A DNA stretch of 64,000 bases from an uncultured Corynebacterium sp. (lineage in GTDB: Bacteria; Actinomycetota; Actinomycetes; Mycobacteriales; Mycobacteriaceae): contig NZ_CAMICL010000002.1 of assembly GCF_946221105.1 (NCBI RefSeq), positions 14,541-78,540 of the forward strand, written 5' to 3'. How positions within the stretch are numbered: the stretch's first letter is position 1; each line of letters starts with the position of its first letter. A program made the position numbers and the translations under genes. Of the stretch, positions 47,406-59,272 are shown one piece after another. The notes beneath the pieces were generated by a model. It had not been told where the DNA came from and did no database searches. It saw only the letters and a list, made by a program, of their open reading frames with translations.

Positions 47406-48698
47406 GTGTCTGAAGACCTCCGCTACCAGGATCTGGCCACCTACGATCCAGAGGTGCACGCCGCAATTGTGGATGAGCTGGCGCGCCAGCGCGACACCTT
47501 GGAGATGATCGCCTCCGAGAACTTCGTGCCGCGCTCCGTGCTGCAGGCGCAGGGCTCGGTGCTGACCAACAAGTACGCCGAGGGCTACCCGGGCCGCCGC
47601 TACTACGGCGGCTGCGAGCACGTGGACGTCATCGAGGATCTGGCGCGCGACCGCGCCAAGGAGGTCTTCGGCGCCAAGTACGCGAATGTGCAGCCGCACT
47701 CCGGCGCGCAGGCCAACGCCGCGGTGCTCATGGCGCTGGCTGAGCCGGGCGACACCATCTTGGGCCTGGATCTGGCGCACGGCGGCCACCTCACCCACGG
47801 CATGAAGATCAACTTCTCCGGCCGCCTGTACAACGTCGCGGCGTACCAGGTGGAGGAGGACACCCACCAGATCGACATGGCGAAGCTGCGCGAGCAGGCC
47901 CGTGAGGTCAAGCCGAAGGTGATCATCGGCGGCTGGTCCGCGTACTCGCGCCAGGAGGACTTTGAGGAGTTCCGCTCCATCGCCGACGAGGTCGGCGCCT
48001 ACCTGTGGGTGGACATGGCCCACTTCGCCGGCCTCGTCGCCGCCGGCCTGCACCCGAATCCGGTCCCGCATGCGCACGTGGTGTCCTCCACGGTGCACAA
48101 GACCCTGGGCGGCCCGCGCTCCGGTTTCATCCTCACCAACGACCTGGAGCTGCACAAGAAGCTCAACTCCGCGGTCTTCCCGGGCCAGCAGGGCGGCCCG
48201 CTGATGCACGTCGTTGCCGCGAAGGCGACCGCGTTCAAGATCGCGGGCACGGACGAGTTCAAGGATCGTCAGAGCCGCACCCTCGCCGGCGCGAAGGTGC
48301 TGGCGGAGCGTCTGCTAAACGACGACGCACGCGAGGCCGGTGTGTCCGTCGTCTCCGGCGGCACCGAGGTGCACCTCGTGCTGGTGGACCTGCGCAACTC
48401 GCCGATGGACGGACAGCAGGCGGAGGACCTGCTGCACTCGGTGGGCATCACCGTCAACCGCAACGCGGTGCCGTTCGACCCGCGCCCGCCGAAGGTGACC
48501 TCGGGCCTGCGCATCGGCACGTCTGCGCTGGCCACCCGCGGCTTCGGCGAGGAGGATTTCCGCGAGGTCGCCGAGATCATCGCGGAGACCCTGATCAAGG
48601 GCGAGGGCGCCGATGTGGCCGCGCTGCGCGGCCGCGTTGAGGCCCTGGCGCGGAAGTACCCGCTCTACCCGGACCTTGAGGATTGGAAGATGCTCTAG
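47406..48698 (+). CDS. glyA: Serine hydroxymethyltransferase.
   Basis: SHMT motifs ([18 protein letters not shown] site [16 protein letters not shown]). GTG at 47406 with an AAAGGA RBS. Confidence 0.93.
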   Translation: MSEDLRYQDLATYDPEVHAAIVDELARQRDTLEMIASENFVPRSVLQAQGSVLTNKYAEGYPGRRYYGGCEHVDVIEDLARDRAKEVFGAKYANVQPHSGAQANAAVLMALAEPGDTILGLDLAHGGHLTHGMKINFSGRLYNVAAYQVEEDTHQIDMAKLREQAREVKPKVIIGGWSAYSRQEDFEEFRSIADEVGAYLWVDMAHFAGLVAAGLHPNPVPHAHVVSSTVHKTLGGPRSGFILTNDLELHKKLNSAVFPGQQGGPLMHVVAAKATAFKIAGTDEFKDRQSRTLAGAKVLAERLLNDDAREAGVSVVSGGTEVHLVLVDLRNSPMDGQQAEDLLHSVGITVNRNAVPFDPRPPKVTSGLRIGTSALATRGFGEEDFREVAEIIAETLIKGEGADVAALRGRVEALARKYPLYPDLEDWKML

Positions 48699-49096
48699 TC
48701 CTCTTCGGCTTCTCCGGCGTCGGCGTTTGCGCCGTCGCCGCCGGCGACATCGTGCCCGCGCTGATCTGCGAGAGTGGCGCGGGCTTTTTGCAGCCACTCG
48801 GGCTGGTCGTCAAGCAGCGCGCGGATCTCATCGGTGGTCATGGCCTGGTCCACGCCGGCGTTTTTCAGCGCGGTCACCGAAATGCCCAGCTTGCGGGCGA
48901 CCTCGGGGCGCGGGTGCGGGCCGGACAGGCGCAGGTCCTGCAGCCACTGCGGCGGATTGTCCTGCAGCTCGCGCAGCTCGGCGTGGGTCACCGCGCCGTC
49001 CTGGAACTCCTGCGGGGTGGCGGGAAGGTAGATGCCCAGCTTCTTTGCGGCGGTCACCGGCTTCATGGCGGTGCCGGAGGGGGTCTGATCAGTCAT
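48695..49096 (-). CDS. Conserved hypothetical protein (DUF5997-like, about 133 aa).
   Basis: Internal ATG (MTDQTPSG...). Convergent 4-nt overlap with glyA. Confidence 0.5.
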   Translation of the reverse strand: MTDQTPSGTAMKPVTAAKKLGIYLPATPQEFQDGAVTHAELRELQDNPPQWLQDLRLSGPHPRPEVARKLGISVTALKNAGVDQAMTTDEIRALLDDQPEWLQKARATLADQRGHDVAGGDGANADAGEAEED

Positions 49097-49700
49097 GGCC
49101 AAAACGGTAGCATTGAGCGCCATGCTCACCATTGCCTTCGCCACCGGCACTGAGCCGGGGAAGTGGTTCCGCCGATACGAGGAACTCACAAGAAGTCGCC
49201 TTGAGACGGTGCCGTCGGATGATCCGTTCGTGCTCGTCGGCAAGCAAGCAACTGCGGCGCTCGTGCGACTTCCGGACGAGCGCGTCACCGACGAGCACCA
49301 CGTGGTGCGCCTCTACGAAGAGGCAGCCGGCGTCGCGGTGCCGAAAGATTCCGTCTATGCGGAGGTCGGGGAGGTCACCCGCGCGGATGTGGCGGAGGAG
49401 ATCGTGAATTTTGATGGGCCATCGCCTATCGACGACCTCCGGTCCGCCCTCCAAGTCGTCGCCGCGAACGTCGGCGTGGCCTTCGCACCCCTGCCGCTGT
49501 TGAAGAACCTCGCGCGCAAACAGATCAAAGCGTTACCGCTTGTGGGGGAGGAGCCGGCGACCCAGATCGCGCTTGTGTGGCGCAAAGTGGACGATTCGGA
49601 CGCTGTGCAGGACTTTGTCGGCGTGACAAAGGGGAGGACGGTGCGTTCCTCGCGCGGAAAAGCGCACCCCCGATCGGGTGCAAAGAGGGCTCGACGTTAA
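49095..49700 (+). CDS. LysR substrate-binding-domain protein with no N-terminal HTH.
   Basis: Similarity to the LysR effector-binding domain only. The divergent start shares TCATGG with the upstream gene. Confidence 0.5.
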   Translation: MAKTVALSAMLTIAFATGTEPGKWFRRYEELTRSRLETVPSDDPFVLVGKQATAALVRLPDERVTDEHHVVRLYEEAAGVAVPKDSVYAEVGEVTRADVAEEIVNFDGPSPIDDLRSALQVVAANVGVAFAPLPLLKNLARKQIKALPLVGEEPATQIALVWRKVDDSDAVQDFVGVTKGRTVRSSRGKAHPRSGAKRARR

Positions 49701-49747
49701 CGCAAAGTTCATAATGGACGATGCACTAATTTCAAGAATGAAAGGTA

Positions 49748-50359
49748 ATGATTATGTTTTCCCGTAAGATTGTCGCTTCCGCAGCTGCCCTGACCCTTGG
49801 CGCAACCGGCCTGGTTGCTTGCTCCAACGATGGCGAGGGCGAGCCGACCTCCACCGAGGTTGTCTCCGAGACCGCTACCGAGACCGAGGTCGTTACCGAG
49901 GGTGCGGGCGCTGGCGACGCGGACAAGGCTGACAAGTCCGGCGAGGCTGGCGCAGGCGCTGCTGCCGGCGACGCTGAGGCCACCGAGGAGATCACCACCG
50001 CTGACGGCGCAACCGCCATGGTTCCGGCCGGCGTGAAGGCCGCTATGGACCAGTACGCTCAGCCGGAGTGGGGCGAGCCGATGGCGGTTGAGGAGACCGA
50101 CGGCGGCTGGATCGTCACCTACGACAACGAGCACTACATCACCTGGAACGAGAACACCGGTGGCGCTCCGACCTGGGGCCAGATCGCTAACGAGTGGATC
50201 ACCGACGTCCACCTGGACCAGAAGATGGGCTTCCCGCTCGCACCGGAGACCGAGAACGCTGACAAGTCCGGCTGGACCCAGGAGTTCGAGAACGGCACCA
50301 TCGAGTGGACCCGCGGCGGCACCGCTGACGCCTTCGAGGCCATCGTCACCGAGAAGTAA
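49748..50359 (+). CDS. Lipoprotein (LVAC lipobox), acidic.
   Basis: Signal peptide with lipobox. AT-rich promoter and GAAAGG RBS upstream. Confidence 0.65.
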   Translation: MIMFSRKIVASAAALTLGATGLVACSNDGEGEPTSTEVVSETATETEVVTEGAGAGDADKADKSGEAGAGAAAGDAEATEEITTADGATAMVPAGVKAAMDQYAQPEWGEPMAVEETDGGWIVTYDNEHYITWNENTGGAPTWGQIANEWITDVHLDQKMGFPLAPETENADKSGWTQEFENGTIEWTRGGTADAFEAIVTEK

Positions 50360-50399
50360 ACCGGTGAAGTAAATCAGCGCTGAGCACTGCTGATTTCAA

Positions 50400-50431
50400 G
50401 CGCCACCCGGCTTCGGCCGGGTGGCGCTTTT
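50400..50431 (+). terminator. Canonical rho-independent terminator (GCGCCACCCGGC-ttcg-GCCGGGTGGCGC followed by TTTT).
   Basis: 12-bp stem with a tetraloop and a T-tract. Preceded by a second hairpin at 50371-50396. Confidence 0.8.
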
Positions 50432-50476
50432 GCGTTGTTTCGGCAACGTTTGCGCGCTGTGGCACGGATCTGGACA

Positions 50477-51016
50477 ATGGGGCGCATGCAAAAATCGGAC
50501 TTTGCCATCCGGCCCATCCGACCGGAAGACTATCCGCAGGTACGAGCCATCTACGAGATGGGGTTACAGACAGGCAACGCCTCTTGGGAAACCAAGGGGC
50601 AGAACTGGGAGCAATTCTCCCGCAAGAAGATCATGGAGACCGTCTTCGTGGCGGTCGACGCAAACGACGACAGCAAGGTGCTCGGCTGGGTCGGCGCCGC
50701 GAAAGCGTCGACACGCAGCGTGTTCCACGGCGTGGTGGAAGACTCGATTTACACCCACCCGGACGCCCGTGGCCGCGGCGTTGCAGGCGCGCTGTTGGAC
50801 CACCTGATCCAGACGTGCATCAGCCTGCACAAGTGGTCCATCCACTCCTGGATCTTCCCCGAAAATGAAGGATCCGCGGGCCTGCACAAGTCCCGCGGAT
50901 TTGAAAAGGTGGGCACGTTCCACAACATGGCGCAGATGGCCTACGGCGAGCGCCAGGGCGAGTGGCGCGATTGCGACATCTGGGAGCTGATTCTGCCGAT
51001 GTCGCGCGAGCAGTGA
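50477..51016 (+). CDS. GNAT-family N-acetyltransferase.
   Basis: GNAT motifs A/B (RGRGVAGALLDHLI). Confidence 0.75.
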   Translation: MGRMQKSDFAIRPIRPEDYPQVRAIYEMGLQTGNASWETKGQNWEQFSRKKIMETVFVAVDANDDSKVLGWVGAAKASTRSVFHGVVEDSIYTHPDARGRGVAGALLDHLIQTCISLHKWSIHSWIFPENEGSAGLHKSRGFEKVGTFHNMAQMAYGERQGEWRDCDIWELILPMSREQ

Positions 51017-51020
51017 GCTG

Positions 51021-52580
51021 CTAGCTCAAGTCCTCCTTGAGCGCCTCCTCGCGCACCGGCAACAGGAGGACAAACGCGACGACCGCCAGCGGCACCATGA
51101 GCAGGAACACGGGGGTAAGCCCGTCGTTGTAGCTGCTCAGCACGGCTTCCTTGATGGGATCCGGCAGCTGGGAAACAACGCCGGGGGTGAGGCTGTTCGC
51201 CCCGCCCTCCTGGAATTTCGCCGCGTACGCCTGGCCCTCCGGGCCCAGCTTGGCCAGCGCCTCCGGGAGGCGCTGCTCCAGGTTGTCGCGCATGTTGTGG
51301 ATGAACAGCGAGCCCGCGAGCGACGCGCCAATGGACGAGCCGATCTGACGGAAGAAGTTGTTCGTGGACGTTGCAGTTCCCACGTGCTTGAGCGGGAACG
51401 AGTTCTGCACGATCAACACCAGCACCTGCATGACCAGCCCCAGGCCGAAGCCGAAGATGAACATGTAGATGCCCAGCCTGGTCAGCGACGTGGTCACGTC
51501 CAGGCGGGAGAAGAGGAACAGACCCAGCGTGGTCACGAGCATGCCGGCCAGCGGGTAGATCTTGTAGCGGCCGGTCTTGGAGATGATGAAGCCGACCGCC
51601 ATGCCGGTGACGAGCATGCCAATGACCATCGGCAGCATCATCAGGCCCGCCTCGGTGGGGGTGAGCTGGTGGACCATCTGCAGGTAGGTGGGCAGGTATG
51701 CCAGGCCGCTGGTCATGGCCAGACCCAGCACGGTGCCTGCCAGGGTGGTCAGGACCATGTTGCGGTTTGTGAACAGGTCCATCGGGATCAGCGGGTTGGT
51801 CGCGCGCAGCTCCACAAACACGAACGCCACGGCGGCAACAAGCGCGATAAGCGAGGTGGCGATGATGGTGGGGGAGGTCCACTCGTACTGGGTGCCGCCC
51901 CACGTGGTGGTGAGGATCAGCGAGGTGGTGGCCACCACCATCAGCGTGGTGCCCAGGTAGTCATAGTGCATGCCCTTGGCGGAGCCGCGGCGCAGGCGCA
52001 GCACGGCGGCGCACACGCTCATGGCCAAAATGCCGAGCGGGATGTTCATCCACAGCGCCCAGCGCCAGCCGGGCCCGTCGGTGAACCATCCGCCGAGCAC
52101 CGGGCCGAGCACCGAGGACACGCCGAAGACGGCGCCCATGACACCCATGTACTTGCCGCGCTCGCGGGCGGGGACCACCTCGGCGATGATGGATTGCGAG
52201 TTCACCATCATTCCGCCCGCGCCCAAGCCCTGGATGGCGCGTCCGATGATCAAAAGCTCCATGGTGTGGGCGAAGCCGCCGATGGTGGAGCCGATAACGA
52301 ACAAGCCGATGCCGGTGATGTAGAGCCACTTGCGGCCCAGGATGTCGCCGAGCTTGCCGTTGACCGGCATGGCGATGGTCATGGTGACCAGGAATGCCGA
52401 GATGACCCAGCTCATGTGGTCCACGCCGCCGAGCTCGCCGACGATGGTGGGCAGGGCGGTGGCGAAAATCATCTGGCCCAGCGAGCTCATCAGCATGGTC
52501 AGCAGCAGGGCCGAGAACACCAGCCCCACGTTTGGCGGGGTGGCCTGAAGCGGATCGCGGTCCGCGCGGGTTTCTACCAT
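51021..52580 (-). CDS. MFS transporter of the DHA2 (EmrB/QacA, 14-TM) drug:H+ antiporter family.
   Basis: 14 TMs and DHA2 motifs. ATG at 52580 with a GGAGA RBS. Overlaps the TetR gene stop. Confidence 0.85.
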   Translation of the reverse strand: MVETRADRDPLQATPPNVGLVFSALLLTMLMSSLGQMIFATALPTIVGELGGVDHMSWVISAFLVTMTIAMPVNGKLGDILGRKWLYITGIGLFVIGSTIGGFAHTMELLIIGRAIQGLGAGGMMVNSQSIIAEVVPARERGKYMGVMGAVFGVSSVLGPVLGGWFTDGPGWRWALWMNIPLGILAMSVCAAVLRLRRGSAKGMHYDYLGTTLMVVATTSLILTTTWGGTQYEWTSPTIIATSLIALVAAVAFVFVELRATNPLIPMDLFTNRNMVLTTLAGTVLGLAMTSGLAYLPTYLQMVHQLTPTEAGLMMLPMVIGMLVTGMAVGFIISKTGRYKIYPLAGMLVTTLGLFLFSRLDVTTSLTRLGIYMFIFGFGLGLVMQVLVLIVQNSFPLKHVGTATSTNNFFRQIGSSIGASLAGSLFIHNMRDNLEQRLPEALAKLGPEGQAYAAKFQEGGANSLTPGVVSQLPDPIKEAVLSSYNDGLTPVFLLMVPLAVVAFVLLLPVREEALKEDLS

Positions 52581-53191
52581 TTCATCTCCTTTGCGTAGAC
52601 GGTGAGATCGTGTGCGTTTGCCAGCAGTTGCTCGACGGGGTCGGCGCCCTCCGGAGGGTGCCACAGGTAGCGGCTGACCGCTCCCTGGAACAGCACGACG
52701 ATGAAGTGCGTCTCGTCCTCCAGCGTCCCGGGGTGCTTCCGGTCTTCGGGGAAGCGTTCGAAGTGGGCGTAAACGGCGCGGCCGACCTCGGTGAGGAACC
52801 CGCGTTTGCGGGCGGCCTCGGCGTGCATCAGGCCGGGGTTGTTTTCCAACAGCTCGCGGCGGCATTTCGCGGCTGGCCCGTCAAAGCGCCCCGGCTCCAC
52901 TTCGATGGAGCGGATGACGAGCTCGAGCACATTGTCGCTTCGCGTCTGACGAATTGCGTCGAGCGCATCCTCGCTGAAGGCGAAGGGGAACGAGCCCAAG
53001 ATCGCCTCGTCTTTGGAGTCGACGTAGTTGAAAAACGTGCGCCTGGAAATGCCCGCGGCGCCGCAGATGTCGTCGACGGTGACGTTGTCGTACCCGTGCG
53101 CGCGGACAAGTTTCGCGGCTTCGTCGCGGATGCGTTGCAGCGTCTCGCGCCGCTTCTGCTCCCTGATTCCCTCAATTTGCACGGGGTGCAA
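52574..53191 (-). CDS. TetR/AcrR-family transcriptional regulator (cognate to the DHA2 pump).
   Basis: N-terminal HTH ([21 protein letters not shown]). TTG start. Confidence 0.85.
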   Translation of the reverse strand: MHPVQIEGIREQKRRETLQRIRDEAAKLVRAHGYDNVTVDDICGAAGISRRTFFNYVDSKDEAILGSFPFAFSEDALDAIRQTRSDNVLELVIRSIEVEPGRFDGPAAKCRRELLENNPGLMHAEAARKRGFLTEVGRAVYAHFERFPEDRKHPGTLEDETHFIVVLFQGAVSRYLWHPPEGADPVEQLLANAHDLTVYAKEMKW

Positions 53192-53209
53192 TATTACACC
53201 CGGTGCACG

Positions 53210-53713
53210 TTAAGGCAAGCCCGCTGAAAGCTCGCCCTCTACCAGCGCTTTTCCATCCTCTAAGTAGGTCAGCTTCACAATGCCGGGCGTGTGCTTCTCG
53301 ACGTCCCAACGGCCCTGCCCGTCATTACAGCCCTTTGTCAACGGGATCGACTCGCCCTCTTCACCGATCAGCGCCGTGCAGCCGGTCAGCGGATAGGTCA
53401 CCGAGGCGGTGCCGCCGCCGAAGGTCGCCACCGCGGGCCATGCCTTGACCTTCGCGTCGTCCTCCAAACTGTTCAGCGTTCCGGTGTAGGTGCCGGTGGG
53501 GGCCGAAGGGTCGTCGATAGGCGATTGCGGCTGCGCGGTGACCGTGACCGTTTCGGGGACGGTGTTTGCGGGCTCGGGCCGCGGGTTGGCGTACCAGTAG
53601 GCCGCCGCGAGCGCGACGCCAATGATGGCGACGATGAGCGCGAGCACCCCGCCGACGACCCACGGCTTGTTCGGGCCGCCCGCGGTGCGCAGCTCGGAGA
53701 AAGAATCAGGCAT
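53210..53713 (-). CDS. Membrane-anchored hypothetical protein (N-terminal TM plus an extracytoplasmic two-Cys domain).
   Basis: ORF with a single TM helix. Confidence 0.5.
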   Translation of the reverse strand: MPDSFSELRTAGGPNKPWVVGGVLALIVAIIGVALAAAYWYANPRPEPANTVPETVTVTAQPQSPIDDPSAPTGTYTGTLNSLEDDAKVKAWPAVATFGGGTASVTYPLTGCTALIGEEGESIPLTKGCNDGQGRWDVEKHTPGIVKLTYLEDGKALVEGELSAGLP

Positions 53714-53715
53714 GG

Positions 53716-53752
53716 AAAAAGCCCCCAGCGAGTTAGTTGATGTGCTGGGGGC
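53716..53752 (-). terminator. Rho-independent terminator of fumC (GCCCCCAGC stem, 14-nt loop, UUUUU).
   Basis: 9-bp GC stem with AAAAA on the plus strand, i.e. a T-tract on the minus strand. Confidence 0.7.
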
Positions 53753-53779
53753 TGATTCTAGCTACGCGCTAGTTGCGGC

Positions 53780-55183
53780 CTAGTTTCGGTCAGTGTTGGC
53801 CATGGACAGCACGTCGAGGCGCTTGTCCAGCTCCTCCTCGGTGAGCTTCTCGCCGTCCACGAAGCCGAGGTCGATGGTGGCCTGGCGGATGGTGATGCCC
53901 TCCTTGATCGCGTGCTTGGCAATCTTCGCGGCGTTTTCGTAGCCGATCGCGGAGTTGAGCGGGGTCACGATCGACGGGGAAGACTCTGCCAAGGTGCGCA
54001 TGCGCTCTTCGTTGGGCTCGATGCCGTCGACAAGCTTGGTGGCGAACTGGCGGGCCGTGTTCGCCAGCAGGCGGGAGGACTCGAGGACGTTGCGCGCCAT
54101 CATCGGGATGAACACGTTGAGCTCGAACTGGCCCTGGGTGCCGCCGAACGCGACAGCCGCGTCGTTGCCGATGACCTGCGCGGAGACCTGGGTTGCGGTC
54201 TCGCACAGCACCGGGTTGACCTTGCCCGGCATGATGGAGGAGCCCGGCTGCAGATCCGGCAGGTGGATCTCGCCGAAGCCGGCCAGCGGGCCGGAGCCCA
54301 TCAGGCGGATGTCGTTGGCGATCTTGTACAGGGACACGGCCACGGTGCGCATCGCGCCGGAGAACTCGACCAGGCCGTCGCGGTTGGCCTGCGCCTCGAA
54401 GTGGTTCTCCGCCTCGGACAGCTGCTCGATGCCGGTGAGCTTCTTCAGCTCCTCGGTGACCTTGCCGCCGAACTCGGCCGGGGTGTTGATGCCGGTGCCC
54501 ACAGCGGTGCCGCCGATGGCGAGCTCGCCCAGGCGCTCCAGGGTCGCCTCGACGCGCGCGACGCCGAGCTCGATCTGGCGGGCGTAGCCGGAGAACTCCT
54601 GGCCCAGGGTCACCGGGGTGGCATCCATGAGGTGGGTGCGGCCGGACTTGACCACCTCGTGCCACTCCTTGGCCTTCTTCTCCAGGGACTCCTGCAGCAC
54701 CTTCAGCGCCGGGATCAGGTCGCTGGCCGCGGCCTCGGTGGCGGCGACGTGGGTGGCGGTGGGGAAGGTGTCGTTGGAGGACTGGCCCATGTTCACGTGG
54801 TCGTTCGGGTGGACCTCAACGCCGTTCGCCTTCGCGATGGAGGCGATGACCTCGTTGGTGTTCATGTTGGACGAGGTGCCGGAACCGGTCTGGAACACAT
54901 CGATGGGGAACTGCTCGTCGTGCTTGCCGTCCGCGATCTCCTTCGCGGCGGCGATGATGGCGTCGGCCTTCTCGGCGTCCAGGTTGCCCAGGTCCTTGTT
55001 CACCTGCGCGCACGCGGCCTTGAGCAGGCCGAGCGCGCGGATCTGCTGGGCTTCCAGGCCGCGGCCAGAGATGGGGAAGTTCTCCACAGCGCGCTGCGTC
55101 TGGGCGCGCCAGAGAGCGTCGACGGGCACCTTGACCTCGCCCATCGTGTCATGTTCGATGCGGTATTCCTGATCAGCCATCAT
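53780..55183 (-). CDS. fumC: Class II fumarate hydratase.
   Basis: GSSxMPxKxN signature and full-length similarity to the aspartase/fumarase family. Confidence 0.95.
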   Translation of the reverse strand: MMADQEYRIEHDTMGEVKVPVDALWRAQTQRAVENFPISGRGLEAQQIRALGLLKAACAQVNKDLGNLDAEKADAIIAAAKEIADGKHDEQFPIDVFQTGSGTSSNMNTNEVIASIAKANGVEVHPNDHVNMGQSSNDTFPTATHVAATEAAASDLIPALKVLQESLEKKAKEWHEVVKSGRTHLMDATPVTLGQEFSGYARQIELGVARVEATLERLGELAIGGTAVGTGINTPAEFGGKVTEELKKLTGIEQLSEAENHFEAQANRDGLVEFSGAMRTVAVSLYKIANDIRLMGSGPLAGFGEIHLPDLQPGSSIMPGKVNPVLCETATQVSAQVIGNDAAVAFGGTQGQFELNVFIPMMARNVLESSRLLANTARQFATKLVDGIEPNEERMRTLAESSPSIVTPLNSAIGYENAAKIAKHAIKEGITIRQATIDLGFVDGEKLTEEELDKRLDVLSMANTDRN

Positions 55184-55283
55184 TGTCCTTTACTACTGTC
55201 GCGTGCACGCCGCGCGCGGTAGAGTGCGCGCGTGCCTTTCCACTGCACGATTATGCACCAACCGGACATAACGAGGAGACGAA

Positions 55284-55985
55284 ATGCCCGAACCGCAGGC
55301 CATGAAGACCCCCACTTTGAGGGACGCGGGAGTCGCGGCCGCCGCGATGGGGGCGATGTACGTTCTGCTCCTCGGCCAGGGGCTGGTTTTGGTGCGCGCC
55401 GGTGTGTCCCGGACTGTGGCGCTGACGGTGCTGCCGGTTGCCGTGTTGGTCGCGCTGGCGGTGCCGACGGTGCTGCTCGTGCGCTACATGCGGCACCGCG
55501 GTCTTGAGCTCGGCTTCTCGCGGCTCGGGCGCCGGGGCTGGCACCTGCTGTGGCAGGCCCCGGCGGTGGTGCTCGGCTCGGCGGCGGCGACCTCGGTTGT
55601 CGCGCCGCTTTTCGGGCTTGAGCCCGGAGGCGATTCCACAGGGGACATCCTCGCCCGGGATCTGGATAGCGCCGCGCCGGTGCTGGCTCTGCTCGCCGGT
55701 TACTTGCTCATCGGTCCGTTCATTGAGGAGATCGTGTTCCGCCGCGTCCTCATGAACTACTTCGACACGCTCATGCCGGCGGCTGCGAGCGTGGTGGCCA
55801 CCTCAGCGATTTTCGGGGCGGCCCACATCGCGCCGCCGGCGATCGTGTTCACCTTCTTCTCCGGCATCGGCCTGGCGCTGGTGGCGCGCTTCCACGGCAC
55901 CATCACCGCCAGCTACATCGTGCACGTGGTGAACAACCTATTGGCCAGCGCGGCGGTGATCGGCGCGCTGCTCAGCGGGGTTTAG
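55284..55985 (+). CDS. CPBP-family intramembrane metalloprotease.
   Basis: EEIVFRR and FGAAH motifs. GAGGAG RBS. Confidence 0.75.
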   Translation: MPEPQAMKTPTLRDAGVAAAAMGAMYVLLLGQGLVLVRAGVSRTVALTVLPVAVLVALAVPTVLLVRYMRHRGLELGFSRLGRRGWHLLWQAPAVVLGSAAATSVVAPLFGLEPGGDSTGDILARDLDSAAPVLALLAGYLLIGPFIEEIVFRRVLMNYFDTLMPAAASVVATSAIFGAAHIAPPAIVFTFFSGIGLALVARFHGTITASYIVHVVNNLLASAAVIGALLSGV

Positions 55986-56992
55986 TTCTCCGGCTCGGTG
56001 TAGTCCACCACGGAGTAATCCTGCAGCTTGGCCATCTGGTGCTGGGACTCCACGAAGCGCACGGTGCCCGACTTCGAGCGCATCACCAGCGAACGGGTGG
56101 TCGCACCCGACTTGCGGTAGGTCACGCCCTGCAGCATGTCGCCGTTGGTCACGCCGGTGGCGGCGAAGTAGCAGTTGTCGGAGGTGACCAGGTCGTTGAT
56201 GCCCAGCACGCGGTCCAGGTCGTGGCCGGCGGCGAGGACCTTTTCGCGCTCCACGTCGTCCTGCGGGGCGAGCATGCCCTGGATCTCGCCGCCTAGGCAC
56301 TTCAGGGCGCACGCCGTGACGACACCCTCCGGGGTGCCGCCGATACCCATCGCAATGTCGATGCCGTTGTCGTGCTGCGCCGCGGCGATGGCGCCGGCGA
56401 CGTCGCCGTCCATGATGAAGCGGACTTTGGCGCCGGCGGCGCGGATGTCGTCGACAAGCTGCTTGTGGCGCGGACGATCAAGCACGACCACCGTGATGTC
56501 GGCGGGGCGCACGCCCTTCGCCTCCGCGACCGCGTTGATGTTCTCTGCGGTGGACTTGGTGATGTCGATCGCGCCGACCGCCTCCGGGCCGACGGCGATC
56601 TTGTTCATGTAGAAGGCGTCCTGCGGGTTGAACATCGAGCCGCGGTCGGCGGCGGCGATGACGGAGATCGCGTTCGGGCGGCCCTCGGCCATCAGGCGGG
56701 TGCCGTCGACCGGGTCGACGGCGATGTCCACGGCGGCGCCGCGGCCGGTGCCGACCTGCTCGCCGTTGAACAGCATCGGGGCCTCATCCTTTTCGCCCTC
56801 GCCGATGACGATCACGCCGTCCATCTCCACGGAGTTGATCATCTTGCGCATCGCGTTGACGGCCGCGCCGTCGCCCTCGTTCTTCTGGCCGCGGCCCACC
56901 CAGCGGCCGGAGGCGAGTGCGGCGGCCTCGGTGACGCGCACCAGCTCCATCGCGAGATTGCGGTCGGGGAAAAGATCGGACTGTTCGGTCAT
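55982..56992 (-). CDS. glpX: Class II fructose-1,6-bisphosphatase.
   Basis: GlpX-family motifs across the length of the protein. Confidence 0.93.
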   Translation of the reverse strand: MTEQSDLFPDRNLAMELVRVTEAAALASGRWVGRGQKNEGDGAAVNAMRKMINSVEMDGVIVIGEGEKDEAPMLFNGEQVGTGRGAAVDIAVDPVDGTRLMAEGRPNAISVIAAADRGSMFNPQDAFYMNKIAVGPEAVGAIDITKSTAENINAVAEAKGVRPADITVVVLDRPRHKQLVDDIRAAGAKVRFIMDGDVAGAIAAAQHDNGIDIAMGIGGTPEGVVTACALKCLGGEIQGMLAPQDDVEREKVLAAGHDLDRVLGINDLVTSDNCYFAATGVTNGDMLQGVTYRKSGATTRSLVMRSKSGTVRFVESQHQMAKLQDYSVVDYTEPEN

Positions 56993-57036
56993 GGGGAGGC
57001 CTTCCTAAACATGAATCACAAAAAGACCCCTCTATT

Positions 57037-57696
57037 GTGTCACTACCAATCGCGTTATTGCCCGTTCTTCCCACCTTTAAGGGGGAAGCGGGGGCGCATG
57101 CCATACTGTTCGGCGTGGCTAGCAACAAAAAACCCCGCATCTTCCAGGACGGACGAGACATCGCGATCAACTCCGTGCTCATCATCGTGCTGATGGTCGT
57201 CGCCGTCGGCGCGACCGGGCTGTGCTCGTTTAACCCCGGCGCACCCGAGCAGGGGCCGGTCCAAGAGGTCGACGCGAAGACCTTCCTCGACTTGGAGGCG
57301 CGCGGCGTGGATTTCCCCGTGCGCTACCCGGAGATGCCGGAAGGCTGGGTCACCAACTCCGCGCGCCGCTCCATGCTGGGCGGACAGCCGGCGCCGACGG
57401 TCGGCTGGGTCACCCCGGACCGCGGCTTCATCCAGCTCACTCAAACTGGCGTCGACGCGAATGAAGCGGCGGAGGGCGCGGACGGTAAGCCGCGCACCCT
57501 GGACCGCACCGAGGACATCGACGGCCGCAGCGTCGAGGTCTACACCTCCGACGACAAGGACGTGCGCGATCTGTGGGTCGTCGACGCGGGCGATGCCCGG
57601 CTCGTGCTCACCGGCGCCGGCGAGGCGCGCGAGTTCGAGGAACTGATCTCGACTGCGCTGGCTACTGCTCCGATTCAGGCTGCTGACGGGAACTGA
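57037..57696 (+). CDS. DUF4245-type membrane-anchored protein (Rv1100-like).
   Basis: One TM helix and a position syntenic next to glpX. The start (GTG 57037 or a downstream GTG) is uncertain. Confidence 0.55.
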   Translation: MSLPIALLPVLPTFKGEAGAHAILFGVASNKKPRIFQDGRDIAINSVLIIVLMVVAVGATGLCSFNPGAPEQGPVQEVDAKTFLDLEARGVDFPVRYPEMPEGWVTNSARRSMLGGQPAPTVGWVTPDRGFIQLTQTGVDANEAAEGADGKPRTLDRTEDIDGRSVEVYTSDDKDVRDLWVVDAGDARLVLTGAGEAREFEELISTALATAPIQAADGN

Positions 57697-57925
57697 TCGC
57701 TTCTTCGACGCGCTTTGAAGCGCCGTCCAGAAGCACCTCGCACCGCTTCGCCAACGCCTCGCCGCGCTCCCAGTACTTCAGTGACTCGTCCAGGCTCATC
57801 TGGCCCAGCTCGAGGATCTTCACGGTTTCGACCAGCTCGTCGCGGGCCTGCTCGTAGCTCAAGGTGGCCGGGTCCGGCAGGGCGTTGTCGTTGGCCTGGC
57901 CGGTGCCGAAAGAATTCTCAGTCAT
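57662..57925 (-). CDS. xseB: Exodeoxyribonuclease VII small subunit.
   Basis: 87-aa helical protein with XseB motifs ([14 protein letters not shown]...LEESL). Confidence 0.9.
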   Translation of the reverse strand: MTENSFGTGQANDNALPDPATLSYEQARDELVETVKILELGQMSLDESLKYWERGEALAKRCEVLLDGASKRVEEAISSRQQPESEQ

Positions 57926-57935
57926 TTATGTGTTC

Positions 57936-59177
57936 CTAATCTGCTTGCGTGGTGGACATGGAGGCGGCGGTAATGGAGCCGTCGCCGACGCGGATACGCA
58001 GCTGCGATCCGGGTGGGGACTGGTCGATGGAGGTGACAACTTCGGCGTCGGAGCCGTCGCGGGGCAGCACCTGCACCACGGCGTAGCCGCGGGCGAGCGT
58101 CGCCGAGGGCCCCAACGCCGAGACCTGGGCGCGCAAGCCCCGCACGTGCTGCGTTTCCCGCTGCAGCAGGTGGGAGACGTCGCGGCGGATCAGGGCGGTG
58201 GCGCGCTCGATCTCCTCGCGGCGGCGGGTAATGGCCATCATCGGGTCTGCGAGCGCGGGGCGCGTGCGCACCGAAGCCAGGCCGTCGCGCTCGCGTTGGA
58301 CCCAGCCGCGCAGGGCGGCGGCCATGCGGGCACGTGCTTCGTCGATAAGCAATCGCTCCTGGGCGACATCGGGGACCGCGCGCTTGGCAGCATCGGTGGG
58401 GGTGGCGGCGCGCACGTCCGCGACGTTGTCCAGCACCGGGTTGTCAGGCTCGTGGCCGATCGCGGAGATCACAGGGGTGCCAAGCTTGACGACGGCACGC
58501 TGCAGCGCCTCCTCCGAGAACGGGAGAAGGTCCTCCACGGACCCGCCGCCGCGGGCGACGATGATCACGTCCACCTCAGGGTCCGCATCGAGCACCCCGA
58601 GCGCCTCGATCACCGCGGGCACGGTGGTGGGGCCCTGGACCGGGGTGTTGATGATCTCGAAGCGCACCCCTGGCCAGCGGCCCTGCGCCACGGTGACCAC
58701 GTCGCGCTCGGCTGCGGAGCCGCGGCCTGTGATCAGGCCGACCTTTGTGGGCAGGTAGGGCAGCGGCTTCTTGCGCGCGGGGTCGAACAGGCCCTCGGAG
58801 GCGAGCTGCTTGCGCAGCGCCTCAATGCGGGCCAGCAGTTCGCCGGCGCCGACGTGCCTGATCTCGGTCACGCGCATGGAAAACGTGCCGCGGCCCTGGT
58901 AGAAGGACGGTTTGCCCAGCACGACGACGCGGTCGCCGTCGTTAAGCGGCACCTGCATGCCCGTCAGCAGCGAGGTTTCCGCGGTGAGCTGGACGCTGGC
59001 CTGCTCCTGGGTGTCGCGCAGCGTGAGGTAGGAATACCGCCACGTGGGCTTGGTGTTGACCTGGGTGAGCTGGCCTTCGATCCACAGCCAGCCGAGGCGC
59101 TCGATCCAGCCCTTCACCGAGGTGTTGAGCTTGGACACCGACCACGGCTGCTCCGGCGAGCTCTTCGAATCTGCCAC
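57936..59177 (-). CDS. xseA: Exodeoxyribonuclease VII large subunit.
   Basis: OB-fold N-terminus and catalytic domain. GTG start. Confidence 0.92.
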   Translation of the reverse strand: MADSKSSPEQPWSVSKLNTSVKGWIERLGWLWIEGQLTQVNTKPTWRYSYLTLRDTQEQASVQLTAETSLLTGMQVPLNDGDRVVVLGKPSFYQGRGTFSMRVTEIRHVGAGELLARIEALRKQLASEGLFDPARKKPLPYLPTKVGLITGRGSAAERDVVTVAQGRWPGVRFEIINTPVQGPTTVPAVIEALGVLDADPEVDVIIVARGGGSVEDLLPFSEEALQRAVVKLGTPVISAIGHEPDNPVLDNVADVRAATPTDAAKRAVPDVAQERLLIDEARARMAAALRGWVQRERDGLASVRTRPALADPMMAITRRREEIERATALIRRDVSHLLQRETQHVRGLRAQVSALGPSATLARGYAVVQVLPRDGSDAEVVTSIDQSPPGSQLRIRVGDGSITAASMSTTQAD

Positions 59178-59272
59178 CGCATGCTCCTTTCCATTTGACT
59201 TCTGCCACGTTACCCGGCGAGCCGATACGGCCCGCCTATTGTTTTTGACGCTGATTAGTTAGGGTTGGTTCC

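Noticed and set aside
55184-55283. GC-rich imperfect inverted repeat (GTGCACGCCGCGCGCGG...GTGCGCGCGTGCC) between fumC and the CPBP gene
   Set aside because: The arms do not pair without indels. It is probably just GC-rich promoter sequence.
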